DNA of 64,000 bases from an uncultured Verrucomicrobiae bacterium. GTDB taxonomy: Bacteria; Verrucomicrobiota; Verrucomicrobiia; Limisphaerales; Palsa-1400. Under the pieces are notes generated by a model. It did no database searches and had not been told where the DNA came from. It saw nothing but the letters and a program-made list of their open reading frames with translations. Position numbers and translations under genes: made by a program. The stretch lies in contig CAVPOM010000005.1 in assembly GCA_963707025.1 (NCBI GenBank), positions 480,001 to 544,000 of the forward strand. The letters are read 5' to 3'. This document shows, piece after piece, positions 51,821 to 62,289 of the stretch. Every line of letters begins with the position of its first letter. The stretch's first letter is position 1.

Positions 51821-54800
51821 GGCGTGACGATTCGATAGAAGCGGTGGGGCGCAGTTGCGGCGGCGGGATCAACCAAAGTGAAGGGGGCGGCGGCGGGCAC
51901 ATTGGTGCTCACCGGGGTCCAATTGATCAGGTCGCTGCTGGCCTGCAAGATGTAGGTTTGCCCCGCCGGCCCCCAATACTGGATCTGGAATGAGCCGTTG
52001 GCCAGGAAGGCGGGAGCAAAGAAATTGTTCAGCGGCGGCACAATGGTGAACAATCCCGACACGGCCACGCTGTTGACATAGCCGGCTTCAAAGGCGTTGG
52101 CCTTGACCGTCGCGCTGGAGGCCAGGTTGAACGGCCCGCTGTAAGGGGTGGAATTGGTGGTCGGCAGCGTGCCGTCCAGCGTGTAGTAAAGGGCCGCAAT
52201 CCCGTCCGGGGGCTGCAACGCCAGGGTCACTTGATTGGTGAAAATGCCGGAGGCGGGCGTGAGGACCGGCGGGGCCAGGGCCGGGGTGCCGCCCAGGCTG
52301 TTGATCCAGTCGGCCAGCTCCGCCACCGCGTTGCTGTCAATGGTGTTTCTGGCCAGCGGCGGCATTTGGTGGTTCGCATCCAGCGTGTTCATCCGGTCGT
52401 AAAGGACCGACCGCCATACGTCCGAGGGCGCGACAATTTTGGCGTTGTCGTAACCCAGCGAATGGGCGGCCGGGACGTTGATGATGTTCTGATTGGTCAG
52501 GGGAGTGTCGTAACGGGCGTCGAAGGTGATGCCGGTGCCGCCGGGCTGATGGCACTGGGCGCAGTTGGCGTCCAAATAGGAGCGGGCGCGCTGGACGAGC
52601 GGGGCGTTCTGGTTGGTCACACTCGACAGTTGCTCGTAGTTGGCGATGTTCGCCTCGTCGAAGGCGGGATAGAAAAGACCGAGGCGGTTCAACGCGCGCA
52701 ACTGGTTGTCGGCAACCCCGGTGGCCGGATAAGTGTTGGCGCCGTTGAGTTGGCGCGTATTCAGGCCCAAAACGTAACCGGCCACCGCGGTATGGCAGGT
52801 CAGACAATCCGCCGGGCTGGGATAGTACCAGTTCTGTGTCGCCACGCCGGTGGCGTTGGTGACGAGGATGGCTTCCGTCAGGCTGCCGGTGAGCAGGTCG
52901 GCCTCGCTGTTGTCCGGCCGCCATTTGTAGGTCACGCCATAGACGGCGCCGTTGGTGTCGCGCACCAGGAGCCGGGTTTCCAGGCGGCGCAGCGGGGTGT
53001 CCGGGTTGGTTTCATCCACCACAAGATCAAAGTTTTTGACAAAGACGGTGCCGGATGGAAAGGTCCACTGGCCCGTGGCCGCAAAGCCAATTTGCCGGGA
53101 CGGCGGGATCAGTCCGCCGCTGTACGGCACACCCAGATAACGGCTTTTGACCGCGCTGTCCGACCAGAGGGGGGTGTTGGGCACATAGGGAATCAAGCCG
53201 GGGGCGGGAAGGCGGTTGGAGGTGTTGGCAAAGGCGCCTGTCTCTGAAAGGAGCAAGGGGATGGACCCCGTGTAGGCGCCGGGCATGTTCTGGTTCAAGA
53301 ACGGCGCCAGCGCCCCATTGGTGGTCAAACCGTAGGCAAGCCCGCTGGCGGCGGCGACGGTGATGCTGACCGGGGCCGAAGTGCTGCTCAGGCCGCTCCC
53401 ATCGGTGGCCGTGGCCGTCAAGGTGTAACTGCCGGCCGGCAAACCGGTGGCCGTCAAAGAATAGGGCGCATTGCTGACGTTCCCGAGGATGACGCCGTTG
53501 GTGTAGAAGCTGACATAACTCAAAGGATTGTAAAGGGTGTCGGCCTCGGCACTGAACGAAACGCTGGCGGCGGCGGTGAAGGTCGAGCCGTTGGTCGGAG
53601 CCGACAGGAGGACGGCGGGAGGCGGGTTGGCGACCGGAAAAAGCTGGGTTTGCGGGATGAAGTTTTGCGGGGTGGACGGGCTGCTCCAGGAAAGCTGGGC
53701 CACGGCCCCGCCGGTTTGGTTGTAGAAATCCATCTCGATGTTATATCGCTCCTGGGCAAGGAGAGGAATGGAGTTGCTCCAAGCGGTCGCGGGCTGGTTG
53801 ACCCACTCATTAATCAGCAACTGGCCGTTGACATAGAGACGGACCCCGCTGTCGGTCTTGGTGGTGAAAGTGTAGGTTTCATTGAATTGGGGTTGGATTG
53901 ATCCGGTCCAACGCACGGCAAAATCGGTCAGGCCGATGGAGGGATCGGGCGGGGTGGCGGTCCAGTTAAAATCAATGGCCGCATCCGTGCGAACCAGGGT
54001 TGGCGGAACTGAAAAGGACGAGTTGGTGAAGGCCACGCTGGTCACATTGGACCAATAGGAACCGAGCAAGCCGGTGCCGCTGCCAATGGCCGAGCTGTCC
54101 ACAAAGCCGGCGCTGGCCACCCCGCTGTTGACGGCCCCAGGCTGGGCCGCGATGGCATGCACGCTGGCGCTGGTCGTCAGGACGAACGGGCCGGCATAGA
54201 GCAGCGAGTTGGTGGTGGGGGTGGTTCCATCCAAAGTGTAGTAAAGGGTCGAGTTGGGCGTGGCATCCGAGAGGGTCACCGTCACCGAATTGGTGAACAA
54301 GCCGCCGGCCGGCGCGATCAGCGGTGTGGCCAGGAACAGGCTGTTGCCAAAGATGGACAGGGCATATTGGGCGGGGAGGAAGACCTTTCCGTTGACCACG
54401 GTGGGGGTGGTCATTTGAATGGCCCCGCCGGGATTGTCGCGGGCTGGATTCTGGCTGCTGTTGTACAGTTCCAGCGCCAGGTTGGTCGCATTGTAAGCGT
54501 GCAAAACGGCCGGCCCGCTGCTGGCGAAGGCATCGGATTGGATCGTCCAGACGATGCCGTTGTTGGTGCCATTGGCCGAAATGGAGGGCGTGCCACCCAG
54601 GGCGCTGAAACTGGTCCTGGCCTTGGAGACGGGTGCGGCGACAATGACGCCGTTGGTGATGAGGAACCCTTTGGTCACGTCGCCGGCGCCTTGATAATAA
54701 ATCTGATTGTTGAAGTAAGCCGGTGAACTGAAGGCGCTGCCGATGGCGTAGGGCACCTCCTGCACGATTTGACTGTCGTTGGCCGCATTGAACTGTCCCA

Positions 54801-57800
54801 TGTTGTCCCGATCCACAAGGTGGAGCGTGCCTTCTTTTCCCGCCCCCACGATCAGGTGGGGATGCGCCGCGCTGCCCGCCGAATCGGGCAACAACATTGG
54901 ACCGCCCGATCCCAAGTCCGTGTCGCCCGCGGCCAGGCTTTCCTGATTGTAGGGAGTGAAATAATCCGCCACCGCCAGGCCGCCGTTGGTGGTCGAAAGT
55001 TTCACAAAACTATCCGAATAGTCCCCCCCGTTGGTATTGGCGGTGAAACTGCCGTTGGCGGTTTCAAAGTAAAGATTGGTGTTGGCGTCAACGGACAGTC
55101 CGTTACCACCCATCCAGAGCGCGCCTTCCGCGGCGTTGGCGCCAAAGTCCGCGATGCTGGCGTTTGGCGTGGTGCAAAAGGCGTAGCTGGCCGACTGCGC
55201 AAGATTGGTTTTGTTAAAACCCAGGACCCAGCCATGATAGGGATCGGTGTCCGCAAAGCTTCCGTAGGAGACATATAACATGCCGCCGGCCAGAGTCATC
55301 CCGGGGCGCTGATTCTCCTGCCGCGGATTAAAGCCGACCACGTTGTTGGTGCTGTCCACGCCCGTCCCGGGAAACGAATTGGTGACCACCACCGGGCTGT
55401 AGGGTTGGCCGGTCCCGTTGGTGATGTTCAAGGCGTGAACCCAGTGGTAATAGTTGGTGGTCGCCCCAACCACCCGGGTGCGCACATCCACATAGAGCGT
55501 GCCCGAAGCCAGGTCTATGGCGGGCGTGCCGGTGATGCCGACTTCCGGGACGATGTCGGTGTATTGGCCCCCGTTGTAACGGTCGCCAAATTCGTGGTTA
55601 TCGCTCAAGGCCGAAGTCCCCAGGTTGGCATGCCAGAGCAATCCCCCGTTGCTCCCCGCTGCGCTGTCCGCATCGAAGGCATAGACGCTGTTATGCTCGG
55701 TGGCGACGAAGACCGCGTTGTGCGTGCCTTGTCCGGGGATGACCAGACCGGACACGTACAACGGCTGGGCGTAAATGTAGCCATCCACCGGATAAGTGAT
55801 CAAACGGCCGAAAGTGGACACATTCACATTGGCAAGGGTCAGCAGCACTTCATTGGTATTGGCGCCCTGGCGTGTATTGTCGTTGTGATAAGTCAGGACA
55901 TTGAGCGCGGCAGGATCGGGCGGAGGAAGGATGGTCAACACGGAGGGCGAACTGTTGGTCAGTCCGAAACTGTTGGAAGCCGCCAGCGTATAGCTTCCCG
56001 CCTCGCCGGCCTGCAAGGAGGCCAGCGTCAGGCTGCTGGCCGTGGCGTTGAGAATGTTGACGCCGTTGTGCTGCCACTGCAATTGAATCGGCGGCGTGCC
56101 GTCCACCCCCGCGGTGAAGGTGACCAAGCCGCCGGTATAATTGGTGGCCGCCGCCGGCGCCGGTTCCTGCGTGAAAATGGGCGCTCCCGCGGGGTTTACT
56201 GTCAAAACTACTGTTGCGCTCTGATTGGTGCCCGAACCGTTGCCCACCACCACATCATAACTGCCCGAATTGGCCGCCAGCGCGTTGGTCAAAACCAGGG
56301 AGGCGTTGGTTGCGCCAGTCAAGTTTGTCCCGTCATCCTGCCATTGGTACTGAAACGGCGCCAGGCCCAGCACCGTGGCGCTCAGCGTCACGCTGGTGCC
56401 GGCAAACACGGTGTTGGAGGGCGAAGCCGCCGGCGCGCCCACCTGCGGAGCGCCCCCGGCGGCGTTAAAATAGAGGCCCAAGACCTGTGCCGGCGTGAGT
56501 GCGCAGTTGAAAATGGCCACTTCGTCCATCACGCCGTTGAAGGTGCGGGCGCCGTTCCCGCCGTCCGCGGTGTCGCCTCCGATCAGCGTGTTTGCCGCAA
56601 AAGCCTCGGCGGTGCTCGCGACGGCATTGGTCGCGGAGGACTGGCCGTTGGAATTGCAAAGCCAGACGACCGCGTTGGAGGGCGACACCACCAGCGCGAT
56701 AAACGACCATTGCCCTACCGGCGGCACCAGCCCCGAGCTGGCCCAACCCCACGTATCCTGGTTGTTTTGGTTCCAAGTGTAGCCGAGTTGTCCGCCGGTG
56801 CTGAAGCAGAAGCCGGATGCGTCCGAACCGTTGCGGCAAAACACCAACCCGGCCGCGTTGGCCGGAGTGGTGGCCGGGTAAATCCAGGCCGTGATCGTCA
56901 CGTTGTTGGTGTTCAAGTCCAGGGCGGGCAGGGTGACATAGGAATTGGCCACGCCATTGCTGAACCGCGCGGCGGTGTTGTTGGTTTCAAGACCAGGGAA
57001 GCCAATGGCTGGTGTCGGGCCCGGAACTCCATCCGCCGCGGCGGCGCCGTAAGTTCCGTTGAAATGGCTCATGTCGTCAACCGCCACCACCGTCCCGCCG
57101 GCAGGATTGGCCGTCTCGTTCAACCTCCAGTAACCCACCGGATTTGCGGCCAGCGCCGCGCCGGGGAACGCTGGCAGGGGCAACACCGCGAGCGACGCCA
57201 CGCTGCTGGCCACCGGACCTCCCACGGAGTTTGTGGCGAGAACCTTGTAGCTGCCCGCGTTAGCCGCTTGCAGGCGGGTCAGGGTCAGCGACGCATTGGT
57301 GGCGTTTGGGATGTTGGTCATGCCGCCCCCCGTATTGGCCTGCCATTGGCACGCAATCGGCAACGTGCCATTAAAAGCGGCCGAAAAAGTTTGTTGTCCC
57401 CCGGCGTAAGCCACCGCCGAACTCGGCATAATGTCCGACACCAGCACCGGAACGCTCGCCGCCGCCACATTGAGCGCCGCCACCGCGCTGGTGGCTGCGC
57501 CGGCCGAATTGGTCACCACCACATCATAATTATAAGTGGCCGCGGGGAAGCTGCCCGTGTTGATGGTCAGATTTGAAACGGTCGCGCCGGGGATGTTGGT
57601 GCGCGCGCCTGCGCTGCCGCCGTCAGTCCGCCAATGATAAAACAGCGGTGTGGCGCCGGTCGCCACCTCGGTCAGCGTCAGCGGCGTTCCCGCGTAGATG
57701 GGAGTATTGGTGGGCGCAATCACGGGCCTGGCGGGGACCGGCGGCCCGACCGAGGCCGTGTCAATAATTTGAATCCCCATCATGGCGACATTGCCGTCAG

Positions 57801-58419
57801 GGGTCTGCCCGGTTATGGTAAAGCCGGCGCCTGTGACGCCGGTGAACTCCACATAATTGGCTTGCATCTGAGTGCCCTCCGCCAACTCGGTCGTTTGAGT
57901 GTCCAGGACGTAAGGCGGGATCACGTCACCGTTCCCATCAAATACCGCCCCCCAATAAATGGTTGATCCCAGGGTCAAGCCATAGCGGCGATTGGGGTGA
58001 TTATCATTGAGCATATAGACATAAACATTATAGCTGGCATAGGGGATGCCTGTCGCCGCCACCGTGTAACCGCTCCCGCTCCAAAATCCTCCGGACATCA
58101 TGATGCCATCGGGCGTGCTTTGCGAGTCGCCCGAAGCATACTGGCTGTTATTATATTGGACAGTGATGGAAGCCGCGGTTGCGGTTCCCGTGCTGTCCAC
58201 CAAACCAGCCTGGGTTCCCCCCGAGGCGTGGTCATCCACGTTCCAATTGTCGAGCGGATAGGCGCCGGCAATCTGTGCGGCCGAGAGCACCCCGGGAGTA
58301 TTCCCCCCCCCTGCCTTGCCTTCAAACTGCACGCTAATGCCCGGCTGGGCATGCGCCGGCGTGGTGGTCGCGGCGGCCAAGGCAACAGCACTGAGCAGGG
58401 TGACGAGCCGTTTTTTCAT
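51817..58419 (-). CDS. 2200-aa exported multidomain protein: Ig repeats, LamG, PQQ-like propeller, Fn3-associated, PA14, diheme cytochrome c
   Basis: Signal MKKRLVTLL; GYWRLNE and FNGVMDEVAIF; VLTYHNDNTRQG; LYYTLDGT; FAVRWTGSI; CLTCH and CAQCH. Confidence 0.85.
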   Translation of the reverse strand: MKKRLVTLLSAVALAAATTTPAHAQPGISVQFEGKAGGGNTPGVLSAAQIAGAYPLDNWNVDDHASGGTQAGLVDSTGTATAASITVQYNNSQYASGDSQSTPDGIMMSGGFWSGSGYTVAATGIPYASYNVYVYMLNDNHPNRRYGLTLGSTIYWGAVFDGNGDVIPPYVLDTQTTELAEGTQMQANYVEFTGVTGAGFTITGQTPDGNVAMMGIQIIDTASVGPPVPARPVIAPTNTPIYAGTPLTLTEVATGATPLFYHWRTDGGSAGARTNIPGATVSNLTINTGSFPAATYNYDVVVTNSAGAATSAVAALNVAAASVPVLVSDIMPSSAVAYAGGQQTFSAAFNGTLPIACQWQANTGGGMTNIPNATNASLTLTRLQAANAGSYKVLATNSVGGPVASSVASLAVLPLPAFPGAALAANPVGYWRLNETANPAGGTVVAVDDMSHFNGTYGAAAADGVPGPTPAIGFPGLETNNTAARFSNGVANSYVTLPALDLNTNNVTITAWIYPATTPANAAGLVFCRNGSDASGFCFSTGGQLGYTWNQNNQDTWGWASSGLVPPVGQWSFIALVVSPSNAVVWLCNSNGQSSATNAVASTAEAFAANTLIGGDTADGGNGARTFNGVMDEVAIFNCALTPAQVLGLYFNAAGGAPQVGAPAASPSNTVFAGTSVTLSATVLGLAPFQYQWQDDGTNLTGATNASLVLTNALAANSGSYDVVVGNGSGTNQSATVVLTVNPAGAPIFTQEPAPAAATNYTGGLVTFTAGVDGTPPIQLQWQHNGVNILNATASSLTLASLQAGEAGSYTLAASNSFGLTNSSPSVLTILPPPDPAALNVLTYHNDNTRQGANTNEVLLTLANVNVSTFGRLITYPVDGYIYAQPLYVSGLVIPGQGTHNAVFVATEHNSVYAFDADSAAGSNGGLLWHANLGTSALSDNHEFGDRYNGGQYTDIVPEVGITGTPAIDLASGTLYVDVRTRVVGATTNYYHWVHALNITNGTGQPYSPVVVTNSFPGTGVDSTNNVVGFNPRQENQRPGMTLAGGMLYVSYGSFADTDPYHGWVLGFNKTNLAQSASYAFCTTPNASIADFGANAAEGALWMGGNGLSVDANTNLYFETANGSFTANTNGGDYSDSFVKLSTTNGGLAVADYFTPYNQESLAAGDTDLGSGGPMLLPDSAGSAAHPHLIVGAGKEGTLHLVDRDNMGQFNAANDSQIVQEVPYAIGSAFSSPAYFNNQIYYQGAGDVTKGFLITNGVIVAAPVSKARTSFSALGGTPSISANGTNNGIVWTIQSDAFASSGPAVLHAYNATNLALELYNSSQNPARDNPGGAIQMTTPTVVNGKVFLPAQYALSIFGNSLFLATPLIAPAGGLFTNSVTVTLSDATPNSTLYYTLDGTTPTTNSLLYAGPFVLTTSASVHAIAAQPGAVNSGVASAGFVDSSAIGSGTGLLGSYWSNVTSVAFTNSSFSVPPTLVRTDAAIDFNWTATPPDPSIGLTDFAVRWTGSIQPQFNETYTFTTKTDSGVRLYVNGQLLINEWVNQPATAWSNSIPLLAQERYNIEMDFYNQTGGAVAQLSWSSPSTPQNFIPQTQLFPVANPPPAVLLSAPTNGSTFTAAASVSFSAEADTLYNPLSYVSFYTNGVILGNVSNAPYSLTATGLPAGSYTLTATATDGSGLSSTSAPVSITVAAASGLAYGLTTNGALAPFLNQNMPGAYTGSIPLLLSETGAFANTSNRLPAPGLIPYVPNTPLWSDSAVKSRYLGVPYSGGLIPPSRQIGFAATGQWTFPSGTVFVKNFDLVVDETNPDTPLRRLETRLLVRDTNGAVYGVTYKWRPDNSEADLLTGSLTEAILVTNATGVATQNWYYPSPADCLTCHTAVAGYVLGLNTRQLNGANTYPATGVADNQLRALNRLGLFYPAFDEANIANYEQLSSVTNQNAPLVQRARSYLDANCAQCHQPGGTGITFDARYDTPLTNQNIINVPAAHSLGYDNAKIVAPSDVWRSVLYDRMNTLDANHQMPPLARNTIDSNAVAELADWINSLGGTPALAPPVLTPASGIFTNQVTLALQPPDGIAALYYTLDGTLPTTNSTPYSGPFNLASSATVKANAFEAGYVNSVAVSGLFTIVPPLNNFFAPAFLANGSFQIQYWGPAGQTYILQASSDLINWTPVSTNVPAAAPFTLVDPAAATAPHRFYRIVTP

Positions 58420-59037
58420 GCCTGAATTCAGACTGGGGACAGATAGCCGGGGGAAAAGGGCGGTCCGTTGCCCCGGCCGGGTTGGAGCAGGCGCGGGGAT
58501 TGCCGGCAGCCGTTGCCATTGGCGCAAGCCAGCCCTTGCCGCCAGCTCCGGCAAGCATGGCCTGCTAAACCACCATGTGGCCCAACCACACCTCCGCCCC
58601 GTGGTTGCGCCATCGTTTCCTGCGAGATCAGATTCGGGCATCAGACAACCATTCACCGCGGGCTGGATTGCGACAACTGCACATCTCAGGGAACGCCGCT
58701 TCAAATGTTATCATCATTATTAGCACAAGTGTCGCCGGTCGTAAAGCAAATTCCTCTGCGCAAGCCATTTCGGGCATTTTCCCTCTCTCCCCATGGGGAG
58801 CGCAGGCCGCCTCCAAGCCGGCTTTTGGCGGGCATTGGGGGGGAACCCAAAATGCGCAGCAAACGGATCATGTGCGGGCTTTGTCCCGCGGGCCCCTGCC
58901 CTCTGTGAGCACGAAAAGAAAAGACTTTATCCATCCGGCCTGCCCGGCTGGGCGTGGCTGGCTCCTGCTACTCCCGCCGCCAAAGGCGAGTGGTTTTCCC
59001 GGGTGCGCCCTGTGAACAACCGGTGAACAACTTCTCT

Positions 59038-59066
59038 TTGACGGCTTGCGGCCCAACGCATAAACT
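59038..59066 (+). promoter_or_regulatory. sigma70 promoter
   Basis: TTGACG-17-TAAACT. Confidence 0.6.
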
Positions 59067-59167
59067 AAAGGGTGCGAAAGAATTTTGGATAAGGGGACAA
59101 GGATTTGCCGAGTGGAATGTTGGTGGCGGGCGATAACGAATAACAAACGAAAAGAAAGGAAGTTCGC

Positions 59168-59443
59168 ATGGCAAGGAAAAATCAAATCAAGCAGCAATCC
59201 TTCTCCTTCACCGCGCCCACGGCATTAAGCGTGCAGTTGGTGGGGGATTTCACACAATGGGAACAACATCCGATCAACCTGCGCAAAGCCGCGGACGGCA
59301 TTTGGCGGGCCACGGTGGGGCTGGAGCCGGGCGAGCACCATTATCGGTTCCTGGTGGATGGCCATTGGCGGGACGATCCCGAGTCGGTTTGGCGGGTGCA
59401 AAATCCGTACGGCTCTGAGAATTCGGTGCGCCAGGTTGTCTGA
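59168..59443 (+). CDS. Stand-alone CBM48/AMPK-type glycogen-binding protein
   Basis: VQLVGDFTQW...GIW...LEPGEHHYRFLVDGHWRDDP...NPYGSENSV. Confidence 0.88.
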   Translation: MARKNQIKQQSFSFTAPTALSVQLVGDFTQWEQHPINLRKAADGIWRATVGLEPGEHHYRFLVDGHWRDDPESVWRVQNPYGSENSVRQVV

Positions 59444-59446
59444 CCT

Positions 59447-59675
59447 GTCATCAAACTCCAGAAGCCGCCGGTCAAAGAAGAACGGCCGCCGGTCATCGGC
59501 CCGCTGGCGTCGTGCTGGCCGATGGTGCCGCTGAGGGAATAGTGGCCGTTGCTGCTCGTGCCGCCGCCGCCGCTGATTTTATACCAGCCAATGGAGTATT
59601 GTTGGGCGTGGAGGGCCGGGGCCAGCAGACCCAGCGCCAGGGTGAAGCCAAGAAGTTCTTTCAGAGTGTTGATAA
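59447..59675 (-). pseudogene. Stub of a small secreted protein
   Basis: LALGLLAPALHA-QQYSIGWYKISGGGGTSSNGHYSLSGTIGQHDASGPMTGG...GGFWSL; ATC where a start is expected; runs into the convergent gene. Confidence 0.6.
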
Positions 59676-60838
59676 TTAGGATGCGTTGATCGGGTTAATT
59701 GCCAACCGTGGCGGCACCACCCCCCGCGGTTATAGTCATCGGTTTGGAGATGGTCAGGGTTTCAGAACTCGATCCCGCCGTCTTTATGAAAATAGTTCCG
59801 TAGTTGGAGACCGCATTCACTGCTTTGGTCATAGTGTTGAAAGGGGTGTCATAAGCTCCATCCTGAATCGTCCCGGTGAAGTTGAAATCAACAAAGCAGG
59901 GGCCGGCGTAACCAACCAGGGCATTAATCAAATTGGTGCCAGTGGGCGATCCCCATCCGGTGCAAAGATCGTAACCAGGTGCGGCATAGTAAACATTGGG
60001 ACTATTGCTCCAAGTATTGTTTCCATTCGTGATGTCATGGAAGCAACTGGCATAACCGGAGCCCTTGGCAATGGCGTAAAGGGCGGGATTAATAAAGCCA
60101 TCGCGTGGTTTTCCCTGCGCCGTGGCTTGCTGATTTACCAGCGCGTTGAAGCCCGCCCAAAGCGGGGAGGCAAAGCTGGTTCCCCAGGAAGTCCAAGCCG
60201 TTCCCGGACTGGCCACGCCATTGGTGCTGTAAACGGTCAGTATCACCAGAATTTGGTCCGCAACCATCGCAACGTCCGGACCATTTCTAAACTGAGTCGA
60301 GCCCATATTGGCCGTCATACTGATCCCCAATTGGTAATCTGGAATGGGCTCGTTGGTGAAGTATCCACCGGCGCTGGCGAATTGCCCCCCCTCGCTGGGG
60401 TTGTTCCAGACAGTCTCGGCACTCCAATACCCGCCGGAATTGGTCAACTCCGTTCCACCCACTTGGGTAATGTCTGGCTCGGCATTTTCATTACTGGAAG
60501 CATCTCCTGACTGCGTCGGAAAGGCACCCCCGTCCCCCAGGGCCAAAAAGAAAGACTGCCCCTGGATGGCAAATCGAACGAAGTTGTTAATGGACGCCGA
60601 GTCTGGCGAAAAGACCCAGGAACAATTTATCTGATGAGGCAGTGGTTCACCCTGCTCAGGCTCGGCCATTTCGTCAAAAATAGTGTTGCCAGATCCATCA
60701 GCGCCGGGGTCGCCTTCATAGACATTCAGAGCTTTGATTCCCGGGGCCATGGCCAACACCATCTCAATGTCCCCGGAGATTTCGACATCATTTGGTTGTG
60801 GGGCCTGATTGTTGGTGATATCATTCAAAAACACATTG

Positions 60839-62289
60839 CACAGCCATCCCACAGGAAATTGGAAAAAAGTGTTGGCTTGACCATTTGAACCTGCCACAAG
60901 GCAGGCATGAAAAACAAAAAAATCAAACCAACACGGTCCCGGTTTAACGTTTTGCGCCAGATTTGCAATCTCATTCCTGCGCATGAAGTCTCCAAAATAG
61001 CGCGGGAGACCGGGGCTCTGGATAAGTCGCGCACCTTCAGTCCGTGGAGTCACACGGTCAGTTTGCTGGACGCGCAACTCACCCATTGCATCGGACTCAA
61101 CGATCTGTGCGACTCGCTGCAATTGCATTCCGGGCCGCTGTCCACTTTGCGCGGCGCCAGCGCCCCCAGCCGCAACGGCCTCTCCCACGCCAACCGGGAG
61201 CGTCCGGCCCAGATGGCCGAACAACTCTTCTGGCGGGTCCTGGAGCATTTGAAAGCACAGACGCCCGGCTTTGCCGCGGGCCAGCGCCGTGGCCCCGCCT
61301 TCCGTTTCAAGATGCCCATCCATGTGATTGATAGCACGACCATGGAACTGGTGGCCAACTGCCTGGACTGGGCCAAGCACCGCCGGCGCAAGGCCGCCGC
61401 CAAAACCCATATGCGGTTGAATCTGCAGAATCTTTTGCCCGGTTTTGTCATTGTGGACACTGCCGCCGAGCACGACAACCGACGGGCGCGGGAACTGTGC
61501 GCCGACTTGAAGAGCGGCGAAATCGCCTTGTTCGACAAGGGTTATGTGGACTTCGGCCACTTGCGGGATTTGGACGGGCGCGGGGTCTTTTGGGTGACGC
61601 GGGCCAAGGAGAACATGGGCTATGAGGTGGTGCGGAAAATGCCCGCCTCCAGAGACCCGAAGATTTTGCGCGACGAAGTGATCGTCCTGAGCAACGAGAA
61701 CAAACCCGCGCCGGAGTTGATGCGCCGGGTGGTGGCGCTGGTCGAGATTGATGGAGAGGAACGGGAAATGACCTTCCTGACCAACAACCTGGAGTGGAGT
61801 CCGCGCAGCGTGGCCGACCTTTACCGCTGCCGCTGGCAGATCGAAGTCTTCTTCAAACAAATCAAGCAGACCTTGCAGTTGGCGGATTTTCTGGGCCACA
61901 ACGCCAACGCCGTGCGCTGGCAGGTGTGGACGGCGCTGTTGACCTACGTGCTGTTGCGCTACCTCAGTCACCTCTCCAACTGGGCGCACAGCTTCACCCG
62001 GCTGTTCACGATTTTGCGGGCGGCGCTCTGGGAGAAATATGATCTGCTCAATTTGCTGGCGTGCTATGGGACAGCAGGCGGCAGCTTTCGCCACTTGGCG
62101 CGGCCCGAGCAGGCGTATTTCCCCGGCTTCCAATAAAGCTATGGGACAGCACACGCGCCCAAACAGGCGCATACCAAACCCAAAAGCCAAACTCGGAAAA
62201 ATCAAAATCTCATTTTACCCCGAAGACCAATTAAACCCTTGCAAATGAACAGGTCAGCACCAGACTTTTCCCCTTATGAGACGGGTGTG
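60839..62289 (+). mobile_element. IS4 family insertion sequence
   Basis: 9-bp duplication AACACATTG at 60830-60838 and 62290-62298; CAC...GTG ends. Confidence 0.92.
60907..62136 (+). CDS. IS4 family transposase (DUF4372-like N-terminus)
   Basis: IDSTT, FDKGY, YRCRWQIEVFFKQIKQ. Confidence 0.93.
   Translation: MKNKKIKPTRSRFNVLRQICNLIPAHEVSKIARETGALDKSRTFSPWSHTVSLLDAQLTHCIGLNDLCDSLQLHSGPLSTLRGASAPSRNGLSHANRERPAQMAEQLFWRVLEHLKAQTPGFAAGQRRGPAFRFKMPIHVIDSTTMELVANCLDWAKHRRRKAAAKTHMRLNLQNLLPGFVIVDTAAEHDNRRARELCADLKSGEIALFDKGYVDFGHLRDLDGRGVFWVTRAKENMGYEVVRKMPASRDPKILRDEVIVLSNENKPAPELMRRVVALVEIDGEEREMTFLTNNLEWSPRSVADLYRCRWQIEVFFKQIKQTLQLADFLGHNANAVRWQVWTALLTYVLLRYLSHLSNWAHSFTRLFTILRAALWEKYDLLNLLACYGTAGGSFRHLARPEQAYFPGFQ

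Noticed and set aside
58420..58720. Riboswitch in the long leader of the 2200-aa gene
   Set aside because: No recognisable aptamer consensus by eye; an Rfam scan would be decisive
59695..62205. 836-aa ORF
   Set aside because: Antisense read-through of the IS4 transposase fused to the S53 C-terminal half
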